Below are positions 12,879-25,780 of a stretch of 64,000 nucleotides of DNA, one piece after another. The position numbers and the translations under genes are program-made. Each line of letters starts with the position of its first letter. Within the stretch, counting starts at the first letter, position 1. Origin of the DNA: Chlorokybus atmophyticus. Its lineage: Eukaryota > Plantae > Mesostigma and Chlorokybus algae. The notes beneath the pieces are model-generated. The model did no database searches and was not told the DNA's origin. It was given only the letters and a program-made list of their open reading frames with translations. The stretch is from positions 553,210 through 617,209 of the forward strand of contig RHPI01000026.1 of NCBI GenBank assembly GCA_009103225.1, in the 5' to 3' direction.

Positions 12879-15800
12879 TTACACGAGGTTTATGTACACG
12901 ATTTTGGAAAATAAACATGATCGCAGAAGTGTGATGTAAGCTTGTGTCCACCCCTGGCCAACGCTTACCAAACGCGTTGCTTGTCGAAGTAATCGGAACA
13001 CAAGCGGCCGCTGTTCCTGCTTAGCAACGGAGGGTGAGAATGAAAACACAAAAGAAGCAGATAGGGCACGAAGAACATCTGAGGCAATTGACCTGCTTTG
13101 CGTGCCAGATAGAGCAATCAGCTTTTGCACACAAGCCTGCATGTGGCACTCCTGCAGCTCCTTCTTGATGCTGCTCCTGGCAGCGGACTTCTGATTCTTT
13201 GGGAGGCTATCAAGCTGAACATGCACCACCTGCATGAGCAAATCCACTGCGTAACACCGGCCCCGATCATCGCTCAAACCCATCCCGCGAGCAAGGACTT
13301 TGAATAAGAGAGGCTGTGCAAACAGCAGCAGCATTGAATTCTCATCCTTTAGCTCCTTGTGTAGAATAGCGAGCACGTACTCAGCACCAACAAGAGGATC
13401 GTTGGTAGCACGCGGCGTGTTCATGAGCAGCTGTGCAAGGCGTAGCATGACGTAGAAGTAGAGCCCCCCCATCTCCGCCTTGTCGATTATAGCCCGGCGC
13501 ATTCTTGCCAGGACGGATGGCTGGACTTTGATCAGTGAATACAGAATGCCGAGAATGCCACGCAGGAGCTGTCCACCATCAACGCTGCCGTAAACTGAGT
13601 CCACACCAAACTGTAGCACCCGCATTAGGGATTCAACGCCGCCTCCCGCAGCAATGATGCACTGGTTGCAGGTGGCCGCCTGCATTGCACAATATAGACT
13701 GAGCACCAACCTGACCATTCCCCTTGTCAGCATCAAGCAAGGACATGACCTTCTCTTCATCTCGGCAGAAATGCAAACATGACAAGTCCACTGCTTGGAC
13801 ATCGTGCGGCATGTCAAGCAGTGGACAGATTGCATACATGTCCATACCCTTTGTGCATAGTTGGCTTGTTGATCTGCCCCATGGTCTTGGTTCTGTATCG
13901 CTGTCATGACGTACAACACATGAACGGCTAGCCCCACTTGTTCAGGGATTGCTGATGTTCCTTGGCTGAGGCTGCTGCTCGAGAAAGCGCTGATCTTGTC
14001 CAACAAACGTGGCCCGCCCTCTCGTGCGTTGAACATGCTCCTTAGGAAAACCATGCCCTGTGCATCGCTCTCACACGCCAGTTTTAGGAAAACCCTCATG
14101 GCCAGACAAGCAGTCACGTCCTCCGCCCTGAAAGCATCCACAAACAATCCTAGCACACCTGCATACAAAAACCATTTGACGATGAATTCGTCTGGCTGCC
14201 AACGGGCGTGATGACGTTCAGCCACCAGGAAAGTACACTGAACTGACCTGAGTCTTGGCGCATGCAATCTGGTATGTAGTTGTTTGCAAAAGGCATGCTC
14301 AAGCCTTGGTGATGGACAAGGGTTAAAAGCATGGAGAGCACCATTCTCCGAGTCTCAACACTTATAGCAGCATGGTAAGCTCTGGCACACGCTTGCAAGA
14401 TGTTACTGCTGCTCGCGACGAGAGCAACAGCTTCGCTCCGCTGGTCCATGCAACTATGCAGACAGTACACGGCATCACTGGTCGTGCCAACATCAACCGC
14501 ACTGCAGAGCACGTTGATGAAGGCTGACACGGCAACTTCAGGATGCACCGCAAAGACTTTTAGCGCAGAGTTGTTTGCAAGCAACGCCCGAAGAGCGGCA
14601 CAGGCCAGTGCAGCGTGAACAGAGTTTAGAGCTTGGAGCAGGAGTAGTTCATCCGACAGCTGGACTGGAACAGCAAAGCTCGGAATCCGTGAAAGATTGC
14701 AGGCTGACTCCAATAGCATGGCTGAGGTGTCCTCATTGCCGGCGAGCTCCATGTCGAATACAAGCATCCGCAGTGCGTTGATGGTAGCATGGTCGCAGCT
14801 CTCCAGTCCCAGAGCAGCATCTGGGCTGCGAGTCAATAGGCAGAGCGATTGGGTCACCTCGCATGGATACGCGCGACAGACTGCCCAAGCCAGTTGCAGC
14901 ACAATGCGCAAGTGCTGCGTGACAAGCACTCGGCAAAGGCTGTTGTGTGCCGACAACGCTTTCAGCAACTGCACGGCTGCAAACTTGGCCTTGCTGTCTG
15001 CATCAGCTGCTGCGGCCTGCAGATCATGGCCAGCCATTATATATTAGGTGTAGAATCGCGGCACTGGATGTTTAACTAAACAACACAGGCATTGAGCAGG
15101 TACCTGGGTGAAGAGGCCAACAATGGGTCTAAAATCCAGGTATGCCTCATCCACAAAGTCCAGACGAGCAACGAGCTGCAGGACAACGCTACGGTCCATG
15201 TCTCTGTCAGATGGGTGCAGCGAAGCCAGCAGGTTGAAAACGGCCTCTGCTTGCAGGTGACGTCCGATGCCAGCTGCTTGCGGATCCTCGCCAATTGCCA
15301 CAAGCACAGCCGCCGTAGCCATCCTCTCATCAATGTGGCGGTTGCTGTTGAGCAGTCCAATAAGCACTTGCAGAGACTCTCCTTCCAGAAGAAAACTCCT
15401 GTCGTGTAAACATGAAGAGGGGCTCTTCGCCAGTTGTACGATTGACTTCAGGGCATCAACTGCGTGTGCACCACCGGTATGAGCACAACTCAGCAGCAGA
15501 GGAAGTCCCGAGAAGCACGGCACGCCAGATATGCCCGTCATTGGACCTCTGCACGCATTGCACGGTGCAAGGTGCAGCAACCCTCGCAGCAGCCATATCT
15601 GACTGTCAATGCAGCACAGAGACCAGTGCGCTGTTATGGTGTCAATTGCGCCAAGGATGCACAGCTCTTGGCGTGTTGCATCACTACACCGCTCCACAAT
15701 CTTGGCAAACAACTGCACTGCATCTTGGGCATCCATGACAATCAAACGCAGCAAAGGTCTCCTGTTCTGCAAGCCCTCGACAGCACGGAGCACTGCATCT

Positions 15801-18100
15801 GCATCTGCTTCAAAAAGCAGGCACAGGGCGCTGCACAGAGCTTGCTGAACAGCATCAGCTTGGCTGGCTGCTGTGCTTCCGCATAGAAGCTGCACGAGCA
15901 GAGCAGCAGCACTTTGAACATCAGAGCGGTCGCAACCTGATTTTCTCAACTCCTGGCTTAATGTCCTTATCGCTGACGTGCGTGCATCCACCTTTCCAAG
16001 GTGCGTCAGCTGCATCAAAGCCCGTATGTAGCCATCTCCGGAGCCTCCGCATTCTGCAAGCACAAAAATAGTTAAGTCCCGCGCTTTTCAGCAAACTCCG
16101 GGCGAATCAGCAAACTCATCAGCTTGCTTAGCAAAGCGCACGTATGTGCGTGCATGGGTACACCAAGCAGAGAAGCGCAGCGAAAGCTAGGGATACTGCA
16201 ATGTTTGTCATCATGTTGGATGCAAAGTGATTACCTCCAGGTGGAAAAGCAAGGGCTGTGAGCGCGTTCTTGGCTGCCTGGGTCTCTTCAGCAGTTGCAG
16301 TGGAGACACAAAGGCGCATGCAGCTCTCAATAAGGCTTGACTTTTCTAGAAGCATGCTTCTTATGTCGTTGAAGCGGCACATCTGAAAGAGCACTCCGGC
16401 AGCCGCAATCCGTATGCGGGAATTGCGGCCGGTTTCAACTGCTGACAGAAGTGCTGAAAGCTTCTGCCAGTAATGCGACGAAGCCTGTGCGTACAAGCGG
16501 GGTTGTCAAGATGACACGTAGTAAACGGCTGGTAATATTCTGATGGCTTACGCAAAGTTTGCCTTGAGAGTTACCTCTTCCAGAAACATTGTTTTTGCGT
16601 CCTCTGGAAGATGCTCAGAAAGAATAGCAAACAAGCTGGCACAGCTCTCAACAAAGTCTCCAAAGCAGTCGATGGATTGGTTTGGCAGTTGCTTCCAAAT
16701 CATGGTAACAGCCTTTCTGTTCTGCTCAGAACTAGCAATACTCTCGAGTATCACCGTGTTGCCGCTCTGCACACTCATGCTCACGAGATTGAGGAGCTTG
16801 TTGACGCCACGACGCCGTCTAGCGTCACATCTGGAAGCGACATTTGCGATAGCATGACTGAACTCAACCAAAATGTCCGACGAGGGAGGTCCGCTGAGAT
16901 TGCTGTCTTGCGATGTGCTACTAAGCGCCGGAGATGGAGGCGGTATCGCAGCCATGGAGATGTCGCCGCTGTAGCTTCGTATGCTCAATGGTGACAAGGG
17001 CGGCATCATCATTGGCTCTGTGCCTGTTAACACATTCGCTTGTTCTTGTGCTGGAACGGAGCTCACATCTTCAGCATCCGACTGACCCTTGTCACTGACA
17101 GGTAACTGTAACACCTGTGGAACAGGCTTTGAAACAATGACATTCGTACTACAAAGCCATAACAATTTTATATTTGCGCGACAGATGCACACGTGGACTG
17201 TGTGCTAATGATATCTCAAGACTGTATGTGCTGTATGTGTACCTCAATGCTGTCGCTTTCAAAGGACCGAAATGTGGGCGGTGTCAACTCATACTGCAAA
17301 GGTTGCTGACTTGCGTCCACTTTGGCATGCAGTTGTTGCAGTTGCTGCGTCACCATCAGCAGCATCTCTTCAACGTGCTGCATGCGGGCATCAGAAGCAG
17401 GCTGTTGGCTTTGCTGTGTGGACTGTGCTAGGACACCCGACAGCGACCGGTCAATCTGGCTGAGAGACCTCTCAAGCCTGTGGATGTGCCTTGCGTGCAT
17501 CTGCTGACACACAGATTGACCTGCTTAGCATCGTAAGCGGGCACGCTTAGCATGCAGGCCTCAGGTCAGTATGGCATTACAATCAGAGTGACATATCCTG
17601 TGACCGGACAAGCCAATCCAATGTCACATTGTGTTTAAGTACTGAAACCAAGCAAAGGCTTGCACAGCCATAGGTGCATGCAAGGGTGCTGTTGGCAGAT
17701 TGAGAAAGTTGTTAAGCTTCAGGCCAACGAGTTAATCATGCCGTGAACAAGAAAAGCCCATAGATCACCTGCATATGCGCAAGGGACAGGCTTGCCAGGC
17801 AGCTGGTGATTTCACTCTCAATTGACTGCAAGGCAACCAGGGAGGCCATTCCGTTTTCAAGGGACGTGCAGCAGTTGTGCAACACGCCCTGCAGCTCATT
17901 CAGAGTCGGCTGCACACTTATGTCCACTGGCTTTGGAAACCCTTCCATGGTGCTGCGCAACAGCTCCACCTGCACGACGGGAATCATTATGCATGATTAA
18001 CACTGCCCCAACACGCAGGCCTAAGCTAGCCTGTGCAACACAACCGCACAACAAGCTCAGCTTTACTGATGGCAACGTGCAATATGTCAAGGCCTAACAT
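12879..18100 (-). CDS. Large ARM/HEAT-repeat protein (roughly 1400 aa) with N-terminal helical/coiled-coil region; start uncertain
   Basis: Long consecutive minus ORFs (12879-14267, 14150-15037, 15044-16063, 16128-16496, 16548-17192, 17216-17512, 17736-17987) are joined by GT-AG introns, e.g. HMQ|QMH and LEE|ASS. Amphipathic ARM-like segments include AAGGGVESLMRVL, GAIDTITAHW and IAAAGVLFQMC. Exon 1 (MLGLDILHVAISKAELV, ATG 18100) is inferred. Confidence 0.7.
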
Positions 18101-19909
18101 TTACAGCACCGCATTGTACAGCTACGCACTTCAACGGCAACGCAAAGTGACACATGCAGCTAACATGCTTAGAAACAAGCGGGTAAGCTCAAGCATGCAG
18201 TGGTTTGCACAAGACAGCTGTTGCCAGCGGCGAACACTGTGTTTGCAATATCTGTCTGGCACAGTATCTCATTGCAGGCGCTGAGAGCTGTTGCTGGAGA
18301 GCTCGCAATTGCATGTGTGGTCAGCTGTTTGGCACACCGTACCATGCCGCTTCGCCAGGCTTAGAGAGCCCAAACCCTGCCGCTGGCCCTTTTGAGCAAA
18401 GTAAAAATGACTAAAATGGCTGCATTCGTAGCTAGTAAACCACGTGCCTCAACACTCATGAGCACCTCTGTTAGTGCCTGCTTTTAATCAGAAGGGCGCT
18501 CAGTGGGTGCCCTTGCCTTGGGCACTAGCATGATTAAGCATGGGTGCAACCGTCCTACATGGGTCCACGCAACGAATGAATGGAGCCTACCTGCGTGGCA
18601 ATCCTGTCGCACATGTACTTGTGCTGCTTGTTCTCACGCAGCATGCCCGCCAATGCCTTGCAAGCGCCAACGACCAGAAGAACAATCTCTGCAGTGGCAA
18701 CCACAGTGCCGACCGCCATCTTGCTTCCTTCTACCCCGCAGCCACCCAGAAGTCAACCCTCTACACCAGTGTCTACACTAGCTCGACCAAGCTTCAGCTT
18801 AGCTGCCCACAGCAGACAGCCAGCAGTGCCAGTCAGCTGCTAAGCGCTCCCTCAGCCAAGTGTGCTGCTTTCCTAGCCATGGAGGACGTATGCCCAGACA
18901 TCAAGGACACCGTCGTCATGCCGCGCGCCCCTGTCATCGTCCACCATCGCCGCCGCCGCTAGCTCATGCGCTGGAGAACCAACTTGCTGAGCAATGCACT
19001 GGACCTGCACCGACCGCCGACAGGTGCTGTTGTCGATGGATGACTCACAGGCGTCAGAGTTGGAATATGCCACAACACGTGGCCAAAGACATGTCCCCCC
19101 GTCCTTGGCCTTTCTCGGCAACGCTGCTGTGGGAGTTGTGCAGCATTTCCCATATCCTGGCGTGCGCTGGTTTGGTAGATCAGCGGGTTTCATTAGATTG
19201 AACGCAGGGGGTTCCAATTGTGGCGAAACCCTCAAGTTGAGAAGTTGAGGGCCTCCCCTCACAGCTGTGTTTCCGCTAGCGCAAGGTCAGATTTTGGTAA
19301 CAATGAAACCTTGAGAACGTGCATTTTTACATAGGGTATAGCTTTACAAACATATGCTGCTTATTTCCGTTGTTGCGTGTGTTACTTGCATATTTTGCTT
19401 ATTGTAGATAAGGTAAGAGCTTCAAACTCTTCCACCGTCAATGAAGCATAAAGCCATTCAACAGCTACCTGATATTAATAAGCATGACAAAAGTAAGCTG
19501 TGGTGAAGCGTGCATGTAAGCCTATTCTTGAATAAGGTTGCAAGTCCGCACTTCATATGTTTGCACCTTTCACAAATTGGTCTACTCAGTACTACTGATA
19601 ATTGTCCGCGCGTCGCGCAAGCACCAACATTCTGGCGCGTTCGCAAATGCACACAACATGCATTGATCCCGTGAGAGTTGACTCAGAGAACCTGTGTGCG
19701 AGTATGGCAAGCAATCGCACCAGCAAAGGCGTCAATCAGCCAGGGGCCAAGGCAAAGCTCATGGCAACTTGTGCTAGACTCTAAAACACCGATCCTAAGG
19801 TGAACACGCATCAAGCGCACCGCAATTGTAAAAAAGCGAAGATCCATGCAACACCGCAACCATGTAGAGCAATACAAGCCAGTCTGAACTGGTGCATAAC
19901 GTGGCGGCA

Positions 19910-22658
19910 TCAAGCATGCAGACTGCGCCGCAGCAGGTTATGCCTGCTCTTAATAGCGGCAGAGCCGCTTTTCTCTGTAGAGATGGACTCGTCATTCAGG
20001 TATGGATAGCAAAAGTCTGCGCTGCGCAATAGCGACGATGGCAGCTCCAGACGGCCGCATTGCAGCACTGTGCACTGCTGCAGCTTGTCTTGCGCCACTG
20101 GAGTCAGTATGTAAAGCAGCTTCTGGCGAGGATCAACTGCGCGCACTATGCCAAGGCCAAAGCACTCTTTCGTGTCGGACGCTAAGCCCACAAGCGAGCC
20201 GTTCAGAGCTCGCAGCTGTTCTGATGGAGGCACCTGGTGCAATGACATCTGTTACATGCATGTCAAATGGTTATGTACAACGCAACAAGTCACACCTCAC
20301 AGTAGAACTCCAAGCGGACAGCTGAGAGCGGGACAACATACGGCACTGCGCAAGCCAGGCTTTGCGCACAACCAGAAAGGGTATCCGTGATTGAGGGGGG
20401 TGAACTGCTGTTGGCTGCGCTCGTACTCAAACAGTCTGGTTGGAAGTATGCCGCAAACTGTACTGCTCTGCTTCTATAACTTGTTGATGTCTTCAACTGG
20501 CTGCCAAACCAGTTTCACCAGTTGATTGTCAGTGATGCATTCTGGTGTTGCACTCGATTTAAACGGAGTGCAACATACCTGTACCTGTCGGGGACAAGTG
20601 CCCTAGGAACAGTATGCAGTGCAGTACTGTTGGACTGCATGTTTCCGTCCTGCAGCCAGAACGTCCCTTTGAGTAAGGATTTGTTGGCGGCCTTGCTCCC
20701 GGACTGCACTTGCACAACATGCGATGGCTGAATGTAACGCAGTAACTCAATCAAGATGTCCAACCCAATGCCTGCATGTGGCATTGACACGTTTAGCGCA
20801 GGCTGTTTAAGTCTGTCAGCTGTGAGCAAGCGAGTTTTCATTTGAGCAACCACAATTGAAAGTGACACACTTACCCTTGACCCAGCCATGAGTGTTAACC
20901 ACCAACGGCACGCCCTCTGGAAGGTAGTGATCACGGAAGTAACCATATAAGTTGCAAGTAGTCTCAAAACATAACTCAGGGTCGCTTTTGGGAGTGATAT
21001 CGCCAATGAAGTATGCTCTGCAACAGCATTAGAGAGTTCAACAGATGGTCTGAAACGCCTGGCTTGGGTTGTGTTGATAGAACGCTTTGAAAACTTATTT
21101 CGTTTGCATGCATGCTCTGTTGCGAACCAGGCACGGCATTGGTTACCTTACAGGATCTCGCAAATGACAGGAGGGTGGCCCTGTTAATAGCACTAAAATC
21201 AGTATCACGCATGTGCGCGCAAAGTCAGGACTTTGAAGTGCGTCTCCAGTGCAAGCCATACCGTGCACAGGGGTTGAAAGGACATGCAGCGCAACCATGC
21301 CAGGTGGCGTAAACTCGCACTGACCAACATCAGTCTCCAGATAAGCTACTCGACTATGCCTGCCACAGAACACCATCATCATTGCTCCCATACATCATTG
21401 TATGAATGTACTTTGCAGACATAAAAGCTCACCAACACAGGAGTTTATTTACAAGTAGTCGAGCGAGCGTCGACTTGCCAACGTTCGTGCTTCCGTACAA
21501 GACAGCGACGGGCGCCGGCTTGCCTGTTCGAGCAGCTTCGTGGTTTGAAGCAATGCTATCAACAGCCGCCTGCCACTGGTGGGATATGACTGTCGCTGCC
21601 GGGTTCACCCCAAAAGGCGCTACATCCTGTCATCATGTGCATGCAAATCACTCGTCTAGCATTCACTCTCTAAGCACTCTGTTGGCAAGCAGGCTTGATG
21701 ACAATGATTGAGTCACAGATCACGTGAGTGATTACTTACCAAAGTGAACGTGTCTCCTCGAATGCAACTCTCCTGAGTTGTAATGCAATCGCCTTCGCTG
21801 TACGGGGAGCATCTCAAGTCCAGCACAGCAGAGCCTGTCAGGTTAGTCTCATCAACATGCATGTGGCAAGTCTGATGAGGCACTAAGGCAAGGGTTTGAT
21901 GGTGAGAGAAGAGTTGCTCATGTCCAGCTTACTTGATTGAGCACACCTGACGGGCAGTTGATTGTTGTCCCGCTGCCGACCCGCAAGTCCGAACGCAAGT
22001 CAGTCCACTTTCTGAGGGGCAGAGAGGCGCCAAGTATGGAAGCTTCACCTTCATGCAAGCGCACGGACACTCTCCCGTCCAATACGGCACACTGCACGAG
22101 AAACCTGAATGAGCGCGTGGCGGGTGCGGACACATGTGCTTGCATGCACGCATGTACGAATTGCATGGCGCATTCCCAAGAAACAGCATCTTTAGGGAAG
22201 GCTCAGGTGCCATCAATTGCCTAAACGCAGTCACAGAGTACTCACTGGCTTGCCGCTCACTGTACACTCTAAGCTGTCGTAAGTAGCAAGCACTCGTACC
22301 TTGTCTGCAGACAAGCTGACTCTGCATTCAGCACCACTGCTCACTATTCCAGCTTCCTCCCTGCCATCGGACATTGCATGCTTTGTAAGGTACGCTGTGA
22401 ACGGCACAGGGCCAATCTCAACAAGCACAGCTTAAAATGACGGTACTGTCAACTAACTGCAGCTCTACCTGCAACTTGAAAGCAAAAAGCACTGGCATCA
22501 GCTACTGACCCTACAACTACTCACGGCTTCGCGTGGTCTTCATGCTCAGAAAGGACAGCCTGCGGCTGCTCCTGCTGATTGCCAGCTCCGGCAGCAGCAC
22601 CGACTCCGGCACGGACACCGCCGCCGCCGCCGCCGCTCCCCCGCTTTCGCTTGCCCAT
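19910..22658 (-). CDS. NOL9: Polynucleotide 5'-hydroxyl kinase NOL9/Grc3 (Clp1 family, pre-rRNA processing)
   Basis: N-terminal NLS MGKRKR. Walker A GSTNVGKS near 21470-21500, AYLETDVGQCEFTPPG, VVNTHGW..GIGLDIL, C-terminal CFGLGIVRAVD..LYILTP. Confidence 0.88.
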
Positions 22659-22690
22659 GCTTAATCAATCGATGCTGATCTTGCATAGTC

Positions 22691-22697
22691 TAGGGTT
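22691..22697 (+). promoter_or_regulatory. Telo-box-like motif (TAGGGTT) in the 165-bp NOL9/PBF1 bidirectional promoter
   Basis: TAGGGTT between divergent ATGs 22658 and 22824. Telo-boxes (AAACCCTA) are known in plant translation and ribosome-biogenesis promoters. Confidence 0.45.
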
Positions 22698-22823
22698 GGC
22701 TTTGTCAACGTGGTTGTTGGCGACAACAGCGGCGGCGTCAAGAGCGGCGGGCGAGTCGTTCTCGTTGGGGCTGTTGCTGGTGTAGGAAGAGCTGTAGTGC
22801 TGCCTGCCAGGGCTGTCTGAGCT

Positions 22824-24740
22824 ATGGCGCTTCGGGTCGCCCCGATGAACTGCGCTGCCGCTGTGCCTGCCGGAGCAGCAGGCGGCTACAAGGTCGGTAG
22901 ATGATTACGAGCTTGTTTCAGGCCATGCTTGTTTCAGTCTTGTGATTAAACAATGTTAAGTATCGTGTCGTGTATGCTGTGGTGAAGGGTTTGAGCTTTA
23001 CAAGCTGTCGTCGCTGATTATGCTCTGAGTCAAGTTGAGCTGTATGTATGTATGCATGTTCGTGCGCCAAGGTGAACTGCTGCGGCTGTACATTCAAAAT
23101 AACAATTAACGCGTTGACCTGTTGTCAATGTGTCGATTTTGATTTGCATGCTGTACGCGTAGGTCAGATTAACACTTGTCGTAAGCAGTATGGTTGTATT
23201 TGTCGAAGAGTATCACGTTCTTGTTAAAGGGATTTCCCTGATCTGCGCTACATATACTCAAGCATTAAGTGTGATAAGTTGCGACAGTTGAACTCAAAGG
23301 CAACAATAAACAACAGACGCTGACACAACACCATGACACGTTGCCGTCCAGGTGCATGGTGAGGTGAGCCATGCCGACTGGTCTCCATATGACAACAATG
23401 GCGGCACATGTGTGGCAATCGCGGGTGCTGACTACGTGGTCATCGCCGCCGACACGCGCATGTCCACTGGTTTCAGCATACTCACACGCCACGCTTCAAA
23501 GCTCTTCCAGATGTAAGCTTTTGTTAGAAATTTCATGCAGACATTGAAAACTGATATGCGTGCGTCAGCAATTGCATATGCGTTGTGGTGCGAGTTGTAT
23601 GCTACTCATTGCATGCGTTGGTTGCGCATCAGCTCTCGAAGCTGTTGGCGTGTGGGCAGCATAGCAACTGACAGCAACTGTGCTGTTACACAGCAATCCA
23701 GGTTGCGTCATTGCAACATCAGGCTTTCAAGCAGATGAGAGGACCCTGCAGAAGCGGTTGCAAACGCAAGCCGTGCTGTACAAATATCAGGTGCACCATT
23801 ATGCGTCGGAGCATGCAGACTATTCAGACCATGCATTCACCGTGCAAGCCCTGGTATTGCTTGCTGATCATCATCGCCTTGCAGCACAATAAAGAGATGA
23901 CTTGCACGGCAATGGCGCAACTTCTATCCAACACGCTGTATTTCAAACGCTTCTTCCCGTATTACACATTCAACTTGCTGGCGGGACTCGACGCTCAGGT
24001 ACTGGACCATGCTTGTGTGCTTTGTGCAAGATGTTCACTCCACAGTGGGTTGAAGCTCTCATGTTGTGGCTGTTTCAGGGAAGGGGAGCTGTGTTTACAT
24101 ATGATGCGATAGGCAGCTACGATAGAGTAGGCTATTCTGCTCAAGGCACTGGCCAGTCACTCATCATGCCTGTTCTCGACAACCAATTGAAGGAGCCTTC
24201 GCCGCTGTTGCTCCCTGCACAGGTATCTTTTCAGCACCAGCCCTCATGTAGTGCTGATGCGCACACAGTAGGTCAAGAATGTAACAAGCCACTCCATGAG
24301 CGTTTTGTGTGCGTGTGGCACAGGCATTGTTTGCGGCATGTGTTGCAAATTGCGCACTTGCATATCCCAACACTATGATTGGTGTATACATGGTGAATCA
24401 GAAAGGCACGGCTGACATTTAAATATTAAGTGTCAGCCGTGCCTTTCTGATTCACCATGTATACAGCACCAGCAAAGTTGCCCTAATGCATCTTGCTTTG
24501 CAGCCGGCCCTTGCGCCATTGATGGAAATGGAGGCAGTTGATTTGATCAAGGACTGTTTTGCTTCAGCCTGCGAGCGTGATATCTATACGGTATATGTCC
24601 GCACGTACAGGTGTTGGCAAAAACCTCATTAAACAACTGGCTGACACTCGTGGTGTGTGTTGCAGGGTGATGCTGTCGAGATATGCATCATCAACAAGGC
24701 TGGTGTCCGTATTGAAACGCAGGCATTGAAGCTGGATTGA
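22824..24740 (+). CDS. PBF1: 20S proteasome subunit beta type-1 (beta6)
   Basis: Exon 2 [38 protein letters not shown] matches the plant PBF1 pattern. Later exons [35 protein letters not shown]. Ends LKLD* at 24740. Confidence 0.95.
24383..24465. repeat. Perfect 35-bp inverted repeat (hairpin) in a PBF1 intron
   Basis: Arms 24383-24417 and 24431-24465 are exact reverse complements around a 13-nt AT-rich loop. Confidence 0.95.
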
Positions 24741-25261
24741 GTTGCTGCCTAGAGCTCATCTGACTGGTGTACATGTGTAACATGTGTTGAACATTGGCTA
24801 CTACTTGCTGCTGGTGGCACCACCGGGTCTGTGGCATCTCCTTGCAGCAACGGATCTACGCAAAGCACTGCGTATGGTGATTAAGCAGCACATGCGACAT
24901 CGAGGGAAGTCGTCCATATGTGGCCCACAAGCCATTCACCCACTGTGATGGCACAAGCTAGCCAGGTGGTGTTGGGGGCTGCGTGCGCTGCAATGCATCT
25001 ATGTCAGTATGTAACTTGTCGTTGTATGTTTTACTTTGCATTTGTACTTGTACAAAAATCTTGTCCTCGATGGCGAAGTTACACAAGTGGGTGTATGTAA
25101 TGGGTAAGCTACTGTATTTGGAGACACAATCACAGTGGCAGAAGGCAGAACATGCACTATTATACAACCACAGCTACATGCTCCGTAGCAGTTTCTCCCG
25201 AGCAATATATTCGTGCAAACGTCCATTGATAGTGTACAAAAGATGCAAGGTACAACTAATG

Positions 25262-25780
25262 TTTGTATAAGTACAACGCATTAGCATTCGCATGGGCAAC
25301 AACGCGGGCATTTACCTAGCCGGCAAAACACTGTTCGCATAAGAGTTGGACTTAATTCATTGTGTAAAGACGTTGGGTAACCTGGAGTTGTCGATGCACT
25401 TTACGACAGGCATTATGAGATACGTGGATGATTTATTTACGGTTGGTGAGTTGCAACATTTGTTGTACTTGTCGCCACATTTCGTTGGCCAGAGATATAT
25501 AAACGGAGCACATGCTGACTGTGACCAAGTTAGCAGCGGGTGCTTAGGCCTCCTCTTGGACTTCTGTTTGCAGATGAAGGACTTGGGCGTTGATACTAAG
25601 GGTGTAAGGGTGTAATAAGCGCTTGCAACCAGCCTACGACAGTGTCCCAGCAGCTGCAGGGCGCCTCACCTGCACTTCAACATGGCAAGATCCAAAAAAC
25701 AGGGAGTTTTGGTGTCGCAGTGCATTTGTTTCCTTCGCATATGCACTTATCGCTCTTATTTCCTAGCGGAAATGGTGGGG
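25262..25780 (+). mobile_element. Degenerate Penelope-like (PLE) reverse transcriptase fragment
   Basis: Frame reads QRISIRMGNNAGIYLAGKTLFA*E...IMRYVDDLF, like the PLE Q..GIPMG...LANL.L...E and RY(I/V)DD motifs. A frameshifted NKRLQPAY resembles the YDKR motif. In-frame stops, no introns. Confidence 0.55.
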
